DNA of 64,000 nucleotides from Hyalangium minutum (GTDB lineage Bacteria; Myxococcota; Myxococcia; Myxococcales; Myxococcaceae): NCBI RefSeq assembly GCF_000737315.1, contig NZ_JMCB01000008.1, positions 186,001 to 250,000 of the forward strand, read 5' to 3'. Shown piece by piece: positions 21,968 to 31,099 of this stretch (position 1 is its first letter; each line of letters starts with the position of its first letter). The notes under the pieces were generated by a model. It saw only the letters and a program-made list of their open reading frames with translations, ran no database searches and was not told where the DNA came from. The position numbers and the translations under genes were made by a program.

Positions 21968-23911
21968 ATGCGACGTCTGGGCTGGATTCTGGTGTGTGCG
22001 GCGCTGGCTGGCTGCCCCAAGGGCAAGGACGAGGTGCCCGATGCGGGACCGGCGGATGCCGGCCCGGACGTTTTGAGCGAGAAAGAGCCCAACGAGCGGC
22101 CGGATCAAGCGCTGACGCTGACGCGAGACGCGGTGGTGAACGCGGCGCTCTCGGCGGATCCGGCCAAGGGCGACGAGGACTGGTACCGGCTGGCGCCCGC
22201 CTCCCCTCGCACGGCGGAGATCACCGTGTCCGGCATCCCCGGCGGGGACGTGACGATCGAGGTGTATGACCGGGACCGCAACCGGCTGGGCGGTGTGAAC
22301 AGCGAGGGCGAGGGCAAGCCGGAGCGCTACCCGAACCTCTACGTCGAGGGCGAGCGCTACGTGCGCGTGGCCCCCGCTCGCAAGGGCAGCGGCGGGGCGT
22401 ACACCCTGACACTCAGCTACCGGCGGCCCAATGACGGCGAGGAGCGCGAGCCCAATGACCGGGCCGTGGACTCGACGCCGCTGGCGCTCGGGCAGACGGT
22501 GGCGGCCTACATCGGCCACGCGGGAGATGAGGACTGGTACCGCATCGAGCTGCCGGCCCAGGAGGCAGCCACCCCGCCCGCCCCCACTGAGGGGACGCCG
22601 CCGGCTCCCACCCCTCCTCCCGCTCCCGCTCCCACCGAGGGGGCCACGCCCCCGGCCCCCCAAGGGACACCGGCCGCTCCTCTGGCCGAAGGGGAGACGC
22701 CTCCGGCTGCCGCTCCTACCGAGGGCTCCACGCCTCCTCCCGCCGAGGGAGCTGCCACGCCCCCGCCGTCGGGCACGGGCACGGAGATCCCCACCGGAAC
22801 GGCGACAGCGACACCTCCGCCTGCGGCGCCCCCTCCCCCGCCGCCCGCGGAGCCTCCAGGCGTAGCACTGAAGATCGAGCTGTCCTCCATCGAAGGAGTC
22901 CGTCCGGAGCTGGCGGTGCTGTCCGCCGCGGAGGCTCCGCTCTTCTCGCTGCGTGCCAGCAAGGAGGGCGAGGCGCTCACGCTGCGCAACATCGGCGTGC
23001 GGGCCACGGATCAGGTCGTCTACGTGGTGGTGAAGAGCGGCTGGGTGGGCTCGGGCAAGGAGGCCAAGCGGACCTACAACGCCACGACGCCGTACACCCT
23101 CTCCGTGTCGCTCGAGGAGGCGGGCTCCAACGCCGAGCTGGAGCCCAATGACGAGCTCTTCAAGGCGACGCCACTGCAGGGCTCGGGCTTCAAGGAGGGC
23201 TTCCTCTCGCCGAAGAACGACGTGGACTACTACGTGCTGCACACCACCGAGCCCATGCTGGCGAAGGTGGAGGTGTCCGGCGTGGAGCGGCTGGACTTGG
23301 TGCTGTCGGCGGTGGATGCGCCCACGGGCGACGGGCAGCAGGAGACGGTGACGCTGAAAGCCAACGACGGCACGCTGAAGGAGCCCGAGCGCCTCAACAA
23401 CGTCTCGTGCAACGGCACCTGCTACTTCAAGGTGGAGGGAGCCTCGCGCAAGGTCGACGGCAAGTGGGTGCGGGACTACGAGAACCCGGACCAGCCGTAC
23501 CGCATCACCATCACCGCGGTGCCGGACAACGGCAGCGAGGAGCGCGAGCCCAACAACACCGTGGACCGGGCCATGGAGATCACCACCGGCAAGTCGGTGC
23601 GCGGCACGGTGTACCCGCCGAAGGACGTGGACTACTACCGGTTGGACCTCACGGACCGGCCGGTGCGCACGCCCATCCAGGCCACGCTGCTGGGGATCCT
23701 CAAGGTGGACGTGGGCCTGTACCTCCACCGGGTGGGCGAGGACGGCAAGCTGACGCTCGTGCAGACGTCGGATCGCGCCAAGGGAGACCAGCCCGAGCGC
23801 ATCCGCTACAGCCTGGAGCCCGGCGTCTACATCTTCGAGGTCCGCGACGCGAAGAACCGCGAGTCCAACTTCCAGGACCCGTACCAACTCACCGTCTCCG
23901 AGGGAGAGTAA
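21968..23911 (+). CDS. Lipoprotein with multiple pre-peptidase C-terminal (PPC)-like domains and a Pro-rich linker
   Basis: Lipobox LAGC; repeated E.EPND...D.D.Y units; low-complexity EGxTPP linker at about 22560-22860. Confidence 0.85.
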   Translation: MRRLGWILVCAALAGCPKGKDEVPDAGPADAGPDVLSEKEPNERPDQALTLTRDAVVNAALSADPAKGDEDWYRLAPASPRTAEITVSGIPGGDVTIEVYDRDRNRLGGVNSEGEGKPERYPNLYVEGERYVRVAPARKGSGGAYTLTLSYRRPNDGEEREPNDRAVDSTPLALGQTVAAYIGHAGDEDWYRIELPAQEAATPPAPTEGTPPAPTPPPAPAPTEGATPPAPQGTPAAPLAEGETPPAAAPTEGSTPPPAEGAATPPPSGTGTEIPTGTATATPPPAAPPPPPPAEPPGVALKIELSSIEGVRPELAVLSAAEAPLFSLRASKEGEALTLRNIGVRATDQVVYVVVKSGWVGSGKEAKRTYNATTPYTLSVSLEEAGSNAELEPNDELFKATPLQGSGFKEGFLSPKNDVDYYVLHTTEPMLAKVEVSGVERLDLVLSAVDAPTGDGQQETVTLKANDGTLKEPERLNNVSCNGTCYFKVEGASRKVDGKWVRDYENPDQPYRITITAVPDNGSEEREPNNTVDRAMEITTGKSVRGTVYPPKDVDYYRLDLTDRPVRTPIQATLLGILKVDVGLYLHRVGEDGKLTLVQTSDRAKGDQPERIRYSLEPGVYIFEVRDAKNRESNFQDPYQLTVSEGE

Positions 23912-23938
23912 CCGAGCGGACGGAGCCGTCACTTCTCA

Positions 23939-23967
23939 TTGACAAGCCCCAGCCGGGCTCCTACCTT
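23939..23967 (+). promoter_or_regulatory. sigma70-type promoter of tRNA-Gly
   Basis: TTGACA-N17-TACCTT. Confidence 0.7.
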
Positions 23968-23985
23968 GCGAACGCTTCTCGGTAC

Positions 23986-24058
23986 GCGGTGGTAGCTCAG
24001 TTGGTAGAGCACGAGCTTCCCAAGCTCGGGGTCGCGGGTTCGAATCCCGTCCGCCGCT
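23986..24058 (+). tRNA. tRNA-Gly (anticodon CCC)
   Basis: GCGGTGG/CCGCCGC acceptor stem, D-arm AGCTCAGTTGGTAGAGC, anticodon arm CGAGC-TTCCCAA-GCTCG, GGTTCGAATCC T-arm; CCA not encoded. Confidence 0.97.
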
Positions 24059-24066
24059 CACTCGTA

Positions 24067-24107
24067 AAGGCCGGTAGTTCCTGAGGAAACTCGGAGCTGC
24101 CGGCCTT
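24067..24107. terminator. Bidirectional hairpin after the tRNA
   Basis: AAGGCCGGTAGTTCC...GGAGCTGCCGGCCTT. Confidence 0.7.
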
Positions 24108-24120
24108 CGTGTTTCCAGGG

Positions 24121-25212
24121 CTACTTGCGCAGCGCGGAGGCGAGGACGAAGCGGCCGCACAGCTCGAGGGCGAGGTCGGACTCCGGCTGGCCATAGAAGC
24201 TGCCGGTGAAGACGGCCACCAGGTTCAGCGAGGGGAAGACGAAGAGGTACTGGCCTCCGTTGCCCCGAGCGAACCAGGCTTCTACGGGCGTGTCACCGAT
24301 GCCGAACGTGTTGACCCACCACAGGTGGCCATACTTCGAGTCCCCGAGCGGATGGCGCCCTACCGTCGACTCCCGCACCCAGTCCTCGGGAAGAACCTGC
24401 AGGCCTTGCCACCGGCCTCCGTCCAACATCACCTGTCCCAGCCGAGCGAAGTCCCGAGGGCGCAGGTGGAGGTGTCCGCCCGTGTCGGTGCGCCCGCCAT
24501 CCGCCGCCTGCCACGCGAAGTCGGTCACCCCCAGCGGCTCGAAGAGGTGGCGGCGCGAGAACTCGGGGAACGTCGTGCCCGCGGCGTCCTCCACCAGCGC
24601 GCCCAGCACCACCACGCCGCCGGTGCAGTACGCACTCGACTGGCCTGGCTCCTCCACCATCGGCAAGTCGAGGATGAACTTCACCCAGTCCCGCGAGTCG
24701 TACATCCGCTCTTCCTTGCCGGGAGAGTCCTCCTGCCAGTCGTTGCACGCCAGCCCGGTGCGCATCTCCAGCAGGTGGCGCGGCGTCAGCCGCTCCTTGC
24801 GCGCATCCGCGTTCTGGAAGGGCGCGTACCGGCTCAGCAGGGGCAGGATGGGCGCATCCAAGCCCGGCAGCAGCTTCTGCTCCAGGGCGATGCCCGTCAG
24901 CATCGAGGTGACGCTCTTGGTGGCCGAGCGCAGATCATGCGGCGTGTCGCGGCGGAAGCCGTTCCAGTAGCGCTCGTACACGAGCTTGCCGTTGCGCACG
25001 ATGAGCAGCGAGTCCGGCGCGCGGTAGTCTCCGGCCTCGAGCTTCCGCTCCAACTCCGCGAGCCTCGCGGGGTTCATCCCCTCGGCTTCCAGCGAGGAGA
25101 CGGGCCACCCGTCCCCGGTCGAATCCACCGGACTGCCAGGACCCTCCATCCCCAGGCCTCCGCAGGCCACCAATCCACATGCGAGCACCATCCCGACAAG
25201 CCAGTTTGCCAT
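24121..25212 (-). CDS. Serine hydrolase, beta-lactamase/AmpC-like family lipoprotein
   Basis: SATK (SxxK), Y motif, ARGNGGQ; lipobox LVAC. Confidence 0.92.
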   Translation of the reverse strand: MANWLVGMVLACGLVACGGLGMEGPGSPVDSTGDGWPVSSLEAEGMNPARLAELERKLEAGDYRAPDSLLIVRNGKLVYERYWNGFRRDTPHDLRSATKSVTSMLTGIALEQKLLPGLDAPILPLLSRYAPFQNADARKERLTPRHLLEMRTGLACNDWQEDSPGKEERMYDSRDWVKFILDLPMVEEPGQSSAYCTGGVVVLGALVEDAAGTTFPEFSRRHLFEPLGVTDFAWQAADGGRTDTGGHLHLRPRDFARLGQVMLDGGRWQGLQVLPEDWVRESTVGRHPLGDSKYGHLWWVNTFGIGDTPVEAWFARGNGGQYLFVFPSLNLVAVFTGSFYGQPESDLALELCGRFVLASALRK

Positions 25213-25305
25213 GGGCTCTCCAGACTCGGTTCAGGCCCGCGCTTCCACTGGGGCCGAAAGGTACCGCCAGAAGAAGGAGAACAGGAAGCCCACCGTGCGG
25301 CTTGA

Positions 25306-25321
25306 CTGAACGAAATTTCAG
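25306..25321. promoter_or_regulatory. Putative LexA (SOS) box overlapping the -35 TTGACT of the radical SAM gene
   Basis: CTGAA-N6-TTCAG; reverse strand matches 15/17 positions of the recalled M. xanthus consensus CTRHAMRYBYGTTCAGS. Confidence 0.6.
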
Positions 25322-25336
25322 GCTCACCTTGGGGAG

Positions 25337-26365
25337 GTGAAGCCGCGTCCCGTCTCCAATCCGCCCAACCCCTGGGCGAGCACCGAAGTGGAGTACCTCG
25401 ACGAGATCCCCCCCTCTCGGCTGGAGGTGCTGGAGGATCACAGCCGCGAGGTGCTGGCGCGCAACAACAGCCCGGACGTGTGCTTCACCTGGAGCATCAA
25501 CCCGTACCGGGGCTGCATGCACGCCTGCGCGTACTGCTATGCGCGCCCCACCCACGAATACCTGAGCCTGGGTGCGGGCACGGACTTCGAGACGCGCATC
25601 GTCGTGAAGCCCCACGCCCCGGAACTGCTCCGCGAGGCCTTCGAGCGCCCCAAGTGGCAGGGCGAGCCCATCGTCTTCAGCGGGGTGACGGACTGCTACC
25701 AGCCACTGGAGGCGTCGCTGCGGCTCACGCGCCGGTGCCTGGAGGTGTGCGCTGAGTACCGCAACCCCGTGGGCATCATCACCAAGGGCGTGCTCATCGA
25801 GAGAGATATCGACGTGCTCCAGACGCTGGCCCGCGAGTCCCAGTTATGGGTGAGCGTGAGCGTGCCGTTCCACAACCCGGAGCTGGCGCGGGCGATGGAG
25901 CCGTACGTGGCCACGCCGAAGCGGCGGATGCAAACCATCGAGAAGCTGGCGGCGGCGGGGATCAACGTGGCGGTGTCAGTGGCGCCCATCATCCCGGGCC
26001 TCAATGACGAGGACATCGCCAAGGTGCTCGGAGCGGCGCGGGAGGCGGGAGCCCAGAGGGCCCACTACACCCTGCTGCGGCTGCCCGGCCCGGTGAAAGA
26101 AGTGTTCGAGGAGCGCCTGCGCGAAAAGCTGCCCCTGCGCGCCGAGCGCGTGCTGCACCGCATCCGGGAGACGCGAGGCGGAGAGCTGTCCGATCCGCGC
26201 TTCAAGCACCGCATGCGCGGCGAGGGGATCTACGCGCAGACCATCGAGCGGCTGTTCGACGCGGCAGCGCGCAAGGTGGGGATGAGGATGTCCATGATGA
26301 CGGAAGCCGCGCCCTCCCCTTTCCGGCGGCCGACGCGGCCCTCTGCCCAGCTCAGCCTGTTCTGA
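25337..26365 (+). CDS. PA0069/Rv2578c-family radical SAM protein (SplB-like DNA repair)
   Basis: NPYRGCMHACAYC (CxxxCxxC), SGVTDCYQP, TKG, PIIPGLND; C-terminal QLSLF. Confidence 0.93.
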   Translation: MKPRPVSNPPNPWASTEVEYLDEIPPSRLEVLEDHSREVLARNNSPDVCFTWSINPYRGCMHACAYCYARPTHEYLSLGAGTDFETRIVVKPHAPELLREAFERPKWQGEPIVFSGVTDCYQPLEASLRLTRRCLEVCAEYRNPVGIITKGVLIERDIDVLQTLARESQLWVSVSVPFHNPELARAMEPYVATPKRRMQTIEKLAAAGINVAVSVAPIIPGLNDEDIAKVLGAAREAGAQRAHYTLLRLPGPVKEVFEERLREKLPLRAERVLHRIRETRGGELSDPRFKHRMRGEGIYAQTIERLFDAAARKVGMRMSMMTEAAPSPFRRPTRPSAQLSLF

Positions 26366-26368
26366 GAG
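26307..26368 (+). repeat. 62-bp direct repeat, copy 1 (3' end of the radical SAM gene)
   Basis: 59/62 identical to 28775-28836. Confidence 0.95.
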
Positions 26369-26444
26369 ACAGCCGGGAGGTGGGCCTTGAGTGCTTCCAC
26401 GGCCGGCGTGGACAGGTCCTCCGTTTGACCGGCCTGCCTCTCCG

Positions 26445-27167
26445 TCACCCGGCGTCTGCGATGCGATCGAGCAGTTCGCTCAACAGCAAACTCTCGCCCT
26501 TCGTGAGAACCGTGATCTGGTCGATGGAGGCACGCAGCGCTGCAGCCTTTGCGCGGACATCCGCGTTCTCCGGTGTCACCGCCTCGCTCGTGATCGCGGC
26601 CACGACCGCCTCGCGTGCAGCATCGGCGAGTCCAAGGTCGCGCTGCCCTTCGGGCTGGCGCAGGAGCGTGAGCACGGCCCCGGTCCCCATCGCCGACACA
26701 AGGCCGAGAGCCCGCTCTTCACTGACCCGCAGCCGGCCCGCGAGCGCGATGTTCCGGATGCGCCGCCGCAGAACATCCTTCCCGTCGCTGACGGCAGGAG
26801 ACTGCCAAGCCGGATGCGGATCGCTGCTCATGATCGCGAACAGCCCTGGATGGCTCAGGCCAAACGCGACGTGCGTGTCCCAGCCATCGCGAAAGTCCTG
26901 AAGCGGGTCGGGATGCGGCGTACGCGCGGACTTCTCCGACACGTAGCTATTCAGCACGTGCTCGATAACGACTGTAAGGAGGCCTCGTTTGTCGCCGAAG
27001 AGCCGGTAGATGGTCGGCGCCTGCACACCGGCGGCGGCGGCCACGGCCCGCGTGGTCGCGGCATCGGGACCTCCGGAGGAGATGAGCTCAGCGGCGGCCG
27101 CAATGATGCGCGCGCGCACATCGGGGCCCTCGGCGTCTTGAGCGGCGGACTTCTCGCGGTCCTCCAT
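26445..27167 (-). CDS. TetR/AcrR family regulator
   Basis: RIIAAAAEL...[27 protein letters not shown]; divergent from the NmrA-like gene. Confidence 0.92.
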   Translation of the reverse strand: MEDREKSAAQDAEGPDVRARIIAAAAELISSGGPDAATTRAVAAAAGVQAPTIYRLFGDKRGLLTVVIEHVLNSYVSEKSARTPHPDPLQDFRDGWDTHVAFGLSHPGLFAIMSSDPHPAWQSPAVSDGKDVLRRRIRNIALAGRLRVSEERALGLVSAMGTGAVLTLLRQPEGQRDLGLADAAREAVVAAITSEAVTPENADVRAKAAALRASIDQITVLTKGESLLLSELLDRIADAG

Positions 27168-27236
27168 GGATCTGACGGTAGCACGCGGCCACCGAAACGG
27201 TGCTACCAGCAAATTGATAGCGGCGTTAACAGGGCC

Positions 27237-27255
27237 GCATTATCATTGATAACGC
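27237..27255. promoter_or_regulatory. Putative TetR operator between the divergent genes
   Basis: Inverted repeat TTATCA-T-TGATAA. Confidence 0.6.
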
Positions 27256-27289
27256 AGCGGCGTTTCCACCGTTAGCCAAGGGGCGTTCA

Positions 27290-28162
27290 ATGATCGTCGT
27301 GACCGGAGCAACAGGGCAGCTCGGCCGTCTCATCGTGGAGAAACTCGTCACCCGCGTCCCGGTGGAGCGGGTCGCCATCAGTGTCCGAGACGTTCAGAAG
27401 GCCCAGGAGTTGGCGGCACGCGGCGTCCGAGTGCGCAGAGGCGACTTCACGGATCCGAAGAGTCTCGCGCACGCCTTCGAGGGCGCGTCCCAGGTCCTGA
27501 TCGTCTCGTCGAATGCGGCTGCGCATGGCGGCGATCCCCTCGCCCAACATCGCTCCGCCATCGACGCCGCACGGTCTGCGGGCGCGCGGCGCATTGTCTA
27601 CACGAGCCACATGGCCGCGAGCCGTTCGTCGGCATTTCCTCCGATGATTGACCATGCGGCGACGGAGCAGATGCTGGGCGAGTCCGGTCTGGCGTGGACC
27701 GCGCTTCGCAACGGTTTCTACGCTGCGAGTGCGATGTTCCTGCTGGGGCGGGGCCTTCAGACGGGAGTCTTCGAGGCGCCCGCGGACGGAAAGGTCTCCT
27801 GGACCACGCACGCAGACCTTGCGGAGGCGGCCGCGGTGATTCTGGCGAACGAGGGGCAGAACAACGGGCCGACGCCGCCGCTCACGGCAGCGCAGGCGCT
27901 CGACTTCGGAGAGCTGTGCGACATCGCGTCGAGTGTCCTCGGACGGCCGCTCCGTCGAAGCACCGTGTCAGAGGACGAGATGCGCGCGAAGCTCACGGCG
28001 TTCGGAATGCCCGCGCACGCGGTCGCCATCTCGCTCGGCCTTTACCGCGCGAGCCGCAATGGCGAGTTCGCGGCCGTCGATCCCACGCTGCAGAAGTTGC
28101 TCGGGCGTGCGCCAACAAGCATGCGCGAGGTGATTGCCGAGAAGATGGGCCGAGCGGCTTAA
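27290..28162 (+). CDS. NmrA-like/atypical SDR NAD(P)H-dependent oxidoreductase (QorB/YtfG-like)
   Basis: VTGATGQLG, GDFTDP, RIVYTS, LRNGFY. Confidence 0.92.
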   Translation: MIVVTGATGQLGRLIVEKLVTRVPVERVAISVRDVQKAQELAARGVRVRRGDFTDPKSLAHAFEGASQVLIVSSNAAAHGGDPLAQHRSAIDAARSAGARRIVYTSHMAASRSSAFPPMIDHAATEQMLGESGLAWTALRNGFYAASAMFLLGRGLQTGVFEAPADGKVSWTTHADLAEAAAVILANEGQNNGPTPPLTAAQALDFGELCDIASSVLGRPLRRSTVSEDEMRAKLTAFGMPAHAVAISLGLYRASRNGEFAAVDPTLQKLLGRAPTSMREVIAEKMGRAA

Positions 28163-28191
28163 GACGGAGAGAGGCTGCTCGGCTTGCTTGG

Positions 28192-28698
28192 TCATGGGTC
28201 CAGGGGTGACCCACCTCGCTCAACTCCACAAGGTCTCCCAGCACGTCCTGGGCCGGACGGATACGCCCGAGCCACCTGCTCCAGCGCCCGCAGCCGCTCA
28301 CGCAGCGATCGCGGCTGATGAGCCGCCCACGCGTACAGCGTCACGCCGTCGATCGCATCCATCACCACATACGGAAAGGACTCCCCGTTCGGCGACGTCC
28401 ACTCGCCGCGGTCATGCAGCCGGGGCACGTGGGGATGGCGCACGCGCGAGAGCAGCTCTCCCTCGCGCTCGAATCGAGGATCCCTCGGGTAGCGCGCCAC
28501 CTTCAGGGCGAAGGGCCCCGCGCTCTCCTGCCCCACCCGCTCCACGAGGTAGACGAAGCCGTAGACTCCCAGACCCTTGCCCCGCAGCACACGCCAAGGG
28601 CCTACCTGCATGCCAGCAGTGAGTTCCGCGGGCCCTCGTGCCTGTCCCCGTTCCACACCGCACCTCAGGGTGAACACCGGGTGGACCTCTCTGTCCAC
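28192..28698 (-). pseudogene. Ser/Thr kinase N-lobe fragment (subdomains I-V only)
   Basis: GKGLGVYGFVY, ALKVA, FEREGELL, HPHVPRL, YVVMD; similarity stops before HRD. Confidence 0.85.
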
Positions 28699-28774
28699 CC
28701 GGGTGTCACCCTACCTCATGGGTCGCTCCGGCGCACAGCCACACAGCCCCCAAAAGCTGCCCCTGTGCCAGAGA

Positions 28775-28836
28775 CCGCGCCCTCCTCTTTCCGGAGGCCG
28801 GCGCGGCCCTCTGCCCAGCTCAGCCTGTTCTGAGAG
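28775..28836 (+). repeat. 62-bp direct repeat, copy 2
   Basis: Encodes ...PSSFRRPARPSAQLSLF* versus ...PSPFRRPTRPSAQLSLF* in copy 1. Confidence 0.95.
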
Positions 28837-28854
28837 TGCACGCCCTTCGATGAT

Positions 28855-28883
28855 GGACTTAGTATACCCCGTATACTAAGTCC
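28855..28883. promoter_or_regulatory. Perfect palindromic operator upstream of the amidohydrolase
   Basis: GGACTTAGTATAC-CCC-GTATACTAAGTCC (13-bp arms). Confidence 0.8.
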
Positions 28884-28918
28884 TGCTCCATGCTGGCTTG
28901 CCTCCAGAGGAGAACCGC

Positions 28919-30322
28919 ATGAGCGAACGATGGCTGCTCCGTGGCGCTGAGGTGATCACCTGCGATCCCGACAGCGCCGACATGCCGCGCGCAGACGTCC
29001 TGATCGAGAACGGAGTCATCGCTGCGATGGGTCCTGGGCTCCGCGCGGACGATTGCCGGGTTCTTGAGCTCGACGGAAAGATCCTCATGCCCGGCTTCAT
29101 CGACACGCATCGGCACACGTGGCAGACGCCGCTGCGCGCGTTGGGTGGGGACTGGACCGTCATGGACTACCTGGCAGCCGTGCGAGTGAAGCTCGCGCCG
29201 GCCTTCCGCCCCAGCGACATCTACGCCGCGAACCTCGCCGGCGCGCTGGAGGCGCTGGACGCAGGCATCACCACCCTCGTCGACTACTCCCACTGCATCG
29301 AGTCACCCGAGCACGCCGACAGCGCGCTGGAGGCCCTCGAGCACGCCCGGATTCGAGCGCTCTTCTCTTACGGCTATGCGGAGGGCGCGCGCGCGAGCCC
29401 TGCCTTTCCCACCCACGAGAGCCGGCTCCAGGACGCCCGGCGCTTGCGGACCACACGCCTTGCATCGGACGACCGCCTGGTCCGGATGGGGATTGCCCTC
29501 ACCGAGATGCAGATCCCGTGGGAGTCGAGCCGGGCCGAGATCCGCTCGGCGCGCGAGCTCAACGTGCCCATCACCGCGCATTGCTCGGCCTGGCCCGTGT
29601 CAGGACCGAGCGAGATCCAGCAGATGGCCACCGAGGGGTTGCTCGGGCCGGATGTCCTCTTCGTCCACTGCACGTGGAGCTCCGAGGAGGATCTGAAGCG
29701 CATCGCCGACAGTGGTGGGGCGATCGCGGTGACCCCAGAGACCGAGCTGCAGATGGGCATGGGCTTCCCCGTCACTGGGCGTGCGCTGCGAAGCCGCGTT
29801 CGTACAACGCTCGGCTGTGACGTCGTCTCGAGCAACGGCGGAGACTTGTTCACCGCCATGCGGCTTGCCCTGCAGGTCGAGCGGGGCCTGGCAAACGCAC
29901 GTGGAGGGATGCCCCGGGCCCTCGACCTCAAGGCAGAGCGGCTGCTCCAGATGGTGACGCGCGACGCCGCGGAGGCGATTGGGCTGGGGCGCGTCACCGG
30001 CTCGCTCCGTCCGGGCAAGGATGCCGATCTCATTGTTCTCGCCGCGGACGCGCTGAACATGACGCCGCTCAATCGTCCGCGAGATGCGGTCGTGATGCAG
30101 GCCCATGCGGGCAACGTCGAGTCCGTGATGGTTCGCGGCAGGCTGGTGAAGCACCGGGGGGTGCTGCTCGACGTGGACCTGCCTGCCGTCAGGCGCAAGG
30201 TGGTCGAGACGCGCAACGCCGTGCTCGAGCGCGTGGGAGGCCTGTCGATGCTCCTCAGCGATCGGGCGGAGCTCGACAAGCACTGGGACACGGGCGGCGG
30301 TGCCACCACGGACGACGCGTAA
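28919..30322 (+). CDS. Amidohydrolase family protein (5-methylthioadenosine/atrazine chlorohydrolase-like)
   Basis: PGFIDTHRH, H at ITAHC, FVHC, LGCD, GSLRPGKDADL. Confidence 0.92.
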   Translation: MSERWLLRGAEVITCDPDSADMPRADVLIENGVIAAMGPGLRADDCRVLELDGKILMPGFIDTHRHTWQTPLRALGGDWTVMDYLAAVRVKLAPAFRPSDIYAANLAGALEALDAGITTLVDYSHCIESPEHADSALEALEHARIRALFSYGYAEGARASPAFPTHESRLQDARRLRTTRLASDDRLVRMGIALTEMQIPWESSRAEIRSARELNVPITAHCSAWPVSGPSEIQQMATEGLLGPDVLFVHCTWSSEEDLKRIADSGGAIAVTPETELQMGMGFPVTGRALRSRVRTTLGCDVVSSNGGDLFTAMRLALQVERGLANARGGMPRALDLKAERLLQMVTRDAAEAIGLGRVTGSLRPGKDADLIVLAADALNMTPLNRPRDAVVMQAHAGNVESVMVRGRLVKHRGVLLDVDLPAVRRKVVETRNAVLERVGGLSMLLSDRAELDKHWDTGGGATTDDA

Positions 30323-30334
30323 CGGCGGGCAGGC

Positions 30335-31066
30335 TCACGCCTTGCGTGTCAGCCGGCCTCTCCTCACCCCGGCGAGCCGCGCATCGATGCGCCTCTGGAT
30401 TCCCTCGAGCATGAAGCTCAAGCTGGCCTCGAACTCGGCCTCGATGCTCGTGGCTTGCATATGGGGCAGGGTGTGGGCGATGCCAGGGTATTCTCCAGGA
30501 GGCAGCGTCGCGGCCGCAGCGAAGAACCGCTGAAAGAGAGGGGGGGCCTCCTCACTCCGAGAGTCCCACTGCTCTTGTCGACGCACTGCCCCGGCGAGCC
30601 AGGAGAAGAAGGTGTTGTGCAGCGCTCCAGCTTCCTCCCACGGAACACCGGCGTCATGCAGCTTGCGGACTGTCCGGTCGAGGATGACGAGCGTGGCGCC
30701 GACGATGGGACCTTCCTCCAAGAGGAAGTCCATGACACCTCGGTTCGCCAGTCCGAGCGCGCGCACCCGCCTGGCAAGCTCCCGGAGCCACGCCAGCGGC
30801 TCCAGGCGATCCTCGGGCAGCAAGAGCGTCGCGAAAATCTCCTCGACGACCCACAGCGCGAGCTCGTCCCGGTTCGCGACGTGCTTGTACACGGCCATGG
30901 GGGTCACCCCAAGCCGCTCGGCCAGGGACCGCATCGAGAGCGTTCGGAGCCCATCCTCTCGGACGAGCTCTACCGCGGTCGCCACGACCAGGGCGCGGGA
31001 GAGGCGCGGAGGGCGCCCTCGCACCTTGCGTGGCTTGCTCTCGTCGGAAGGCATGGGCGTGAGCAT
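30335..31066 (-). CDS. TetR family regulator with TetR_C-type C-terminal domain
   Basis: LSMRSLAERLGVTPMAVYKHV HTH; FEASLSFMLEGI C-terminus. Confidence 0.92.
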   Translation of the reverse strand: MLTPMPSDESKPRKVRGRPPRLSRALVVATAVELVREDGLRTLSMRSLAERLGVTPMAVYKHVANRDELALWVVEEIFATLLLPEDRLEPLAWLRELARRVRALGLANRGVMDFLLEEGPIVGATLVILDRTVRKLHDAGVPWEEAGALHNTFFSWLAGAVRRQEQWDSRSEEAPPLFQRFFAAAATLPPGEYPGIAHTLPHMQATSIEAEFEASLSFMLEGIQRRIDARLAGVRRGRLTRKA

Positions 31067-31099
31067 AGGCTGACGCCGCGGAGCGTGAAGACCCGAGTA

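Noticed and set aside
22560-22860. Repetitive DNA as CRISPR or VNTR
   Set aside because: In-frame, degenerate Pro-rich coding linker; no fixed repeat-spacer period
20975-23932. 985-aa minus-strand ORF as a single gene
   Set aside because: Only the last 284 codons (from ATG 21829, with signal peptide) look coding; the rest is antisense to the PPC lipoprotein
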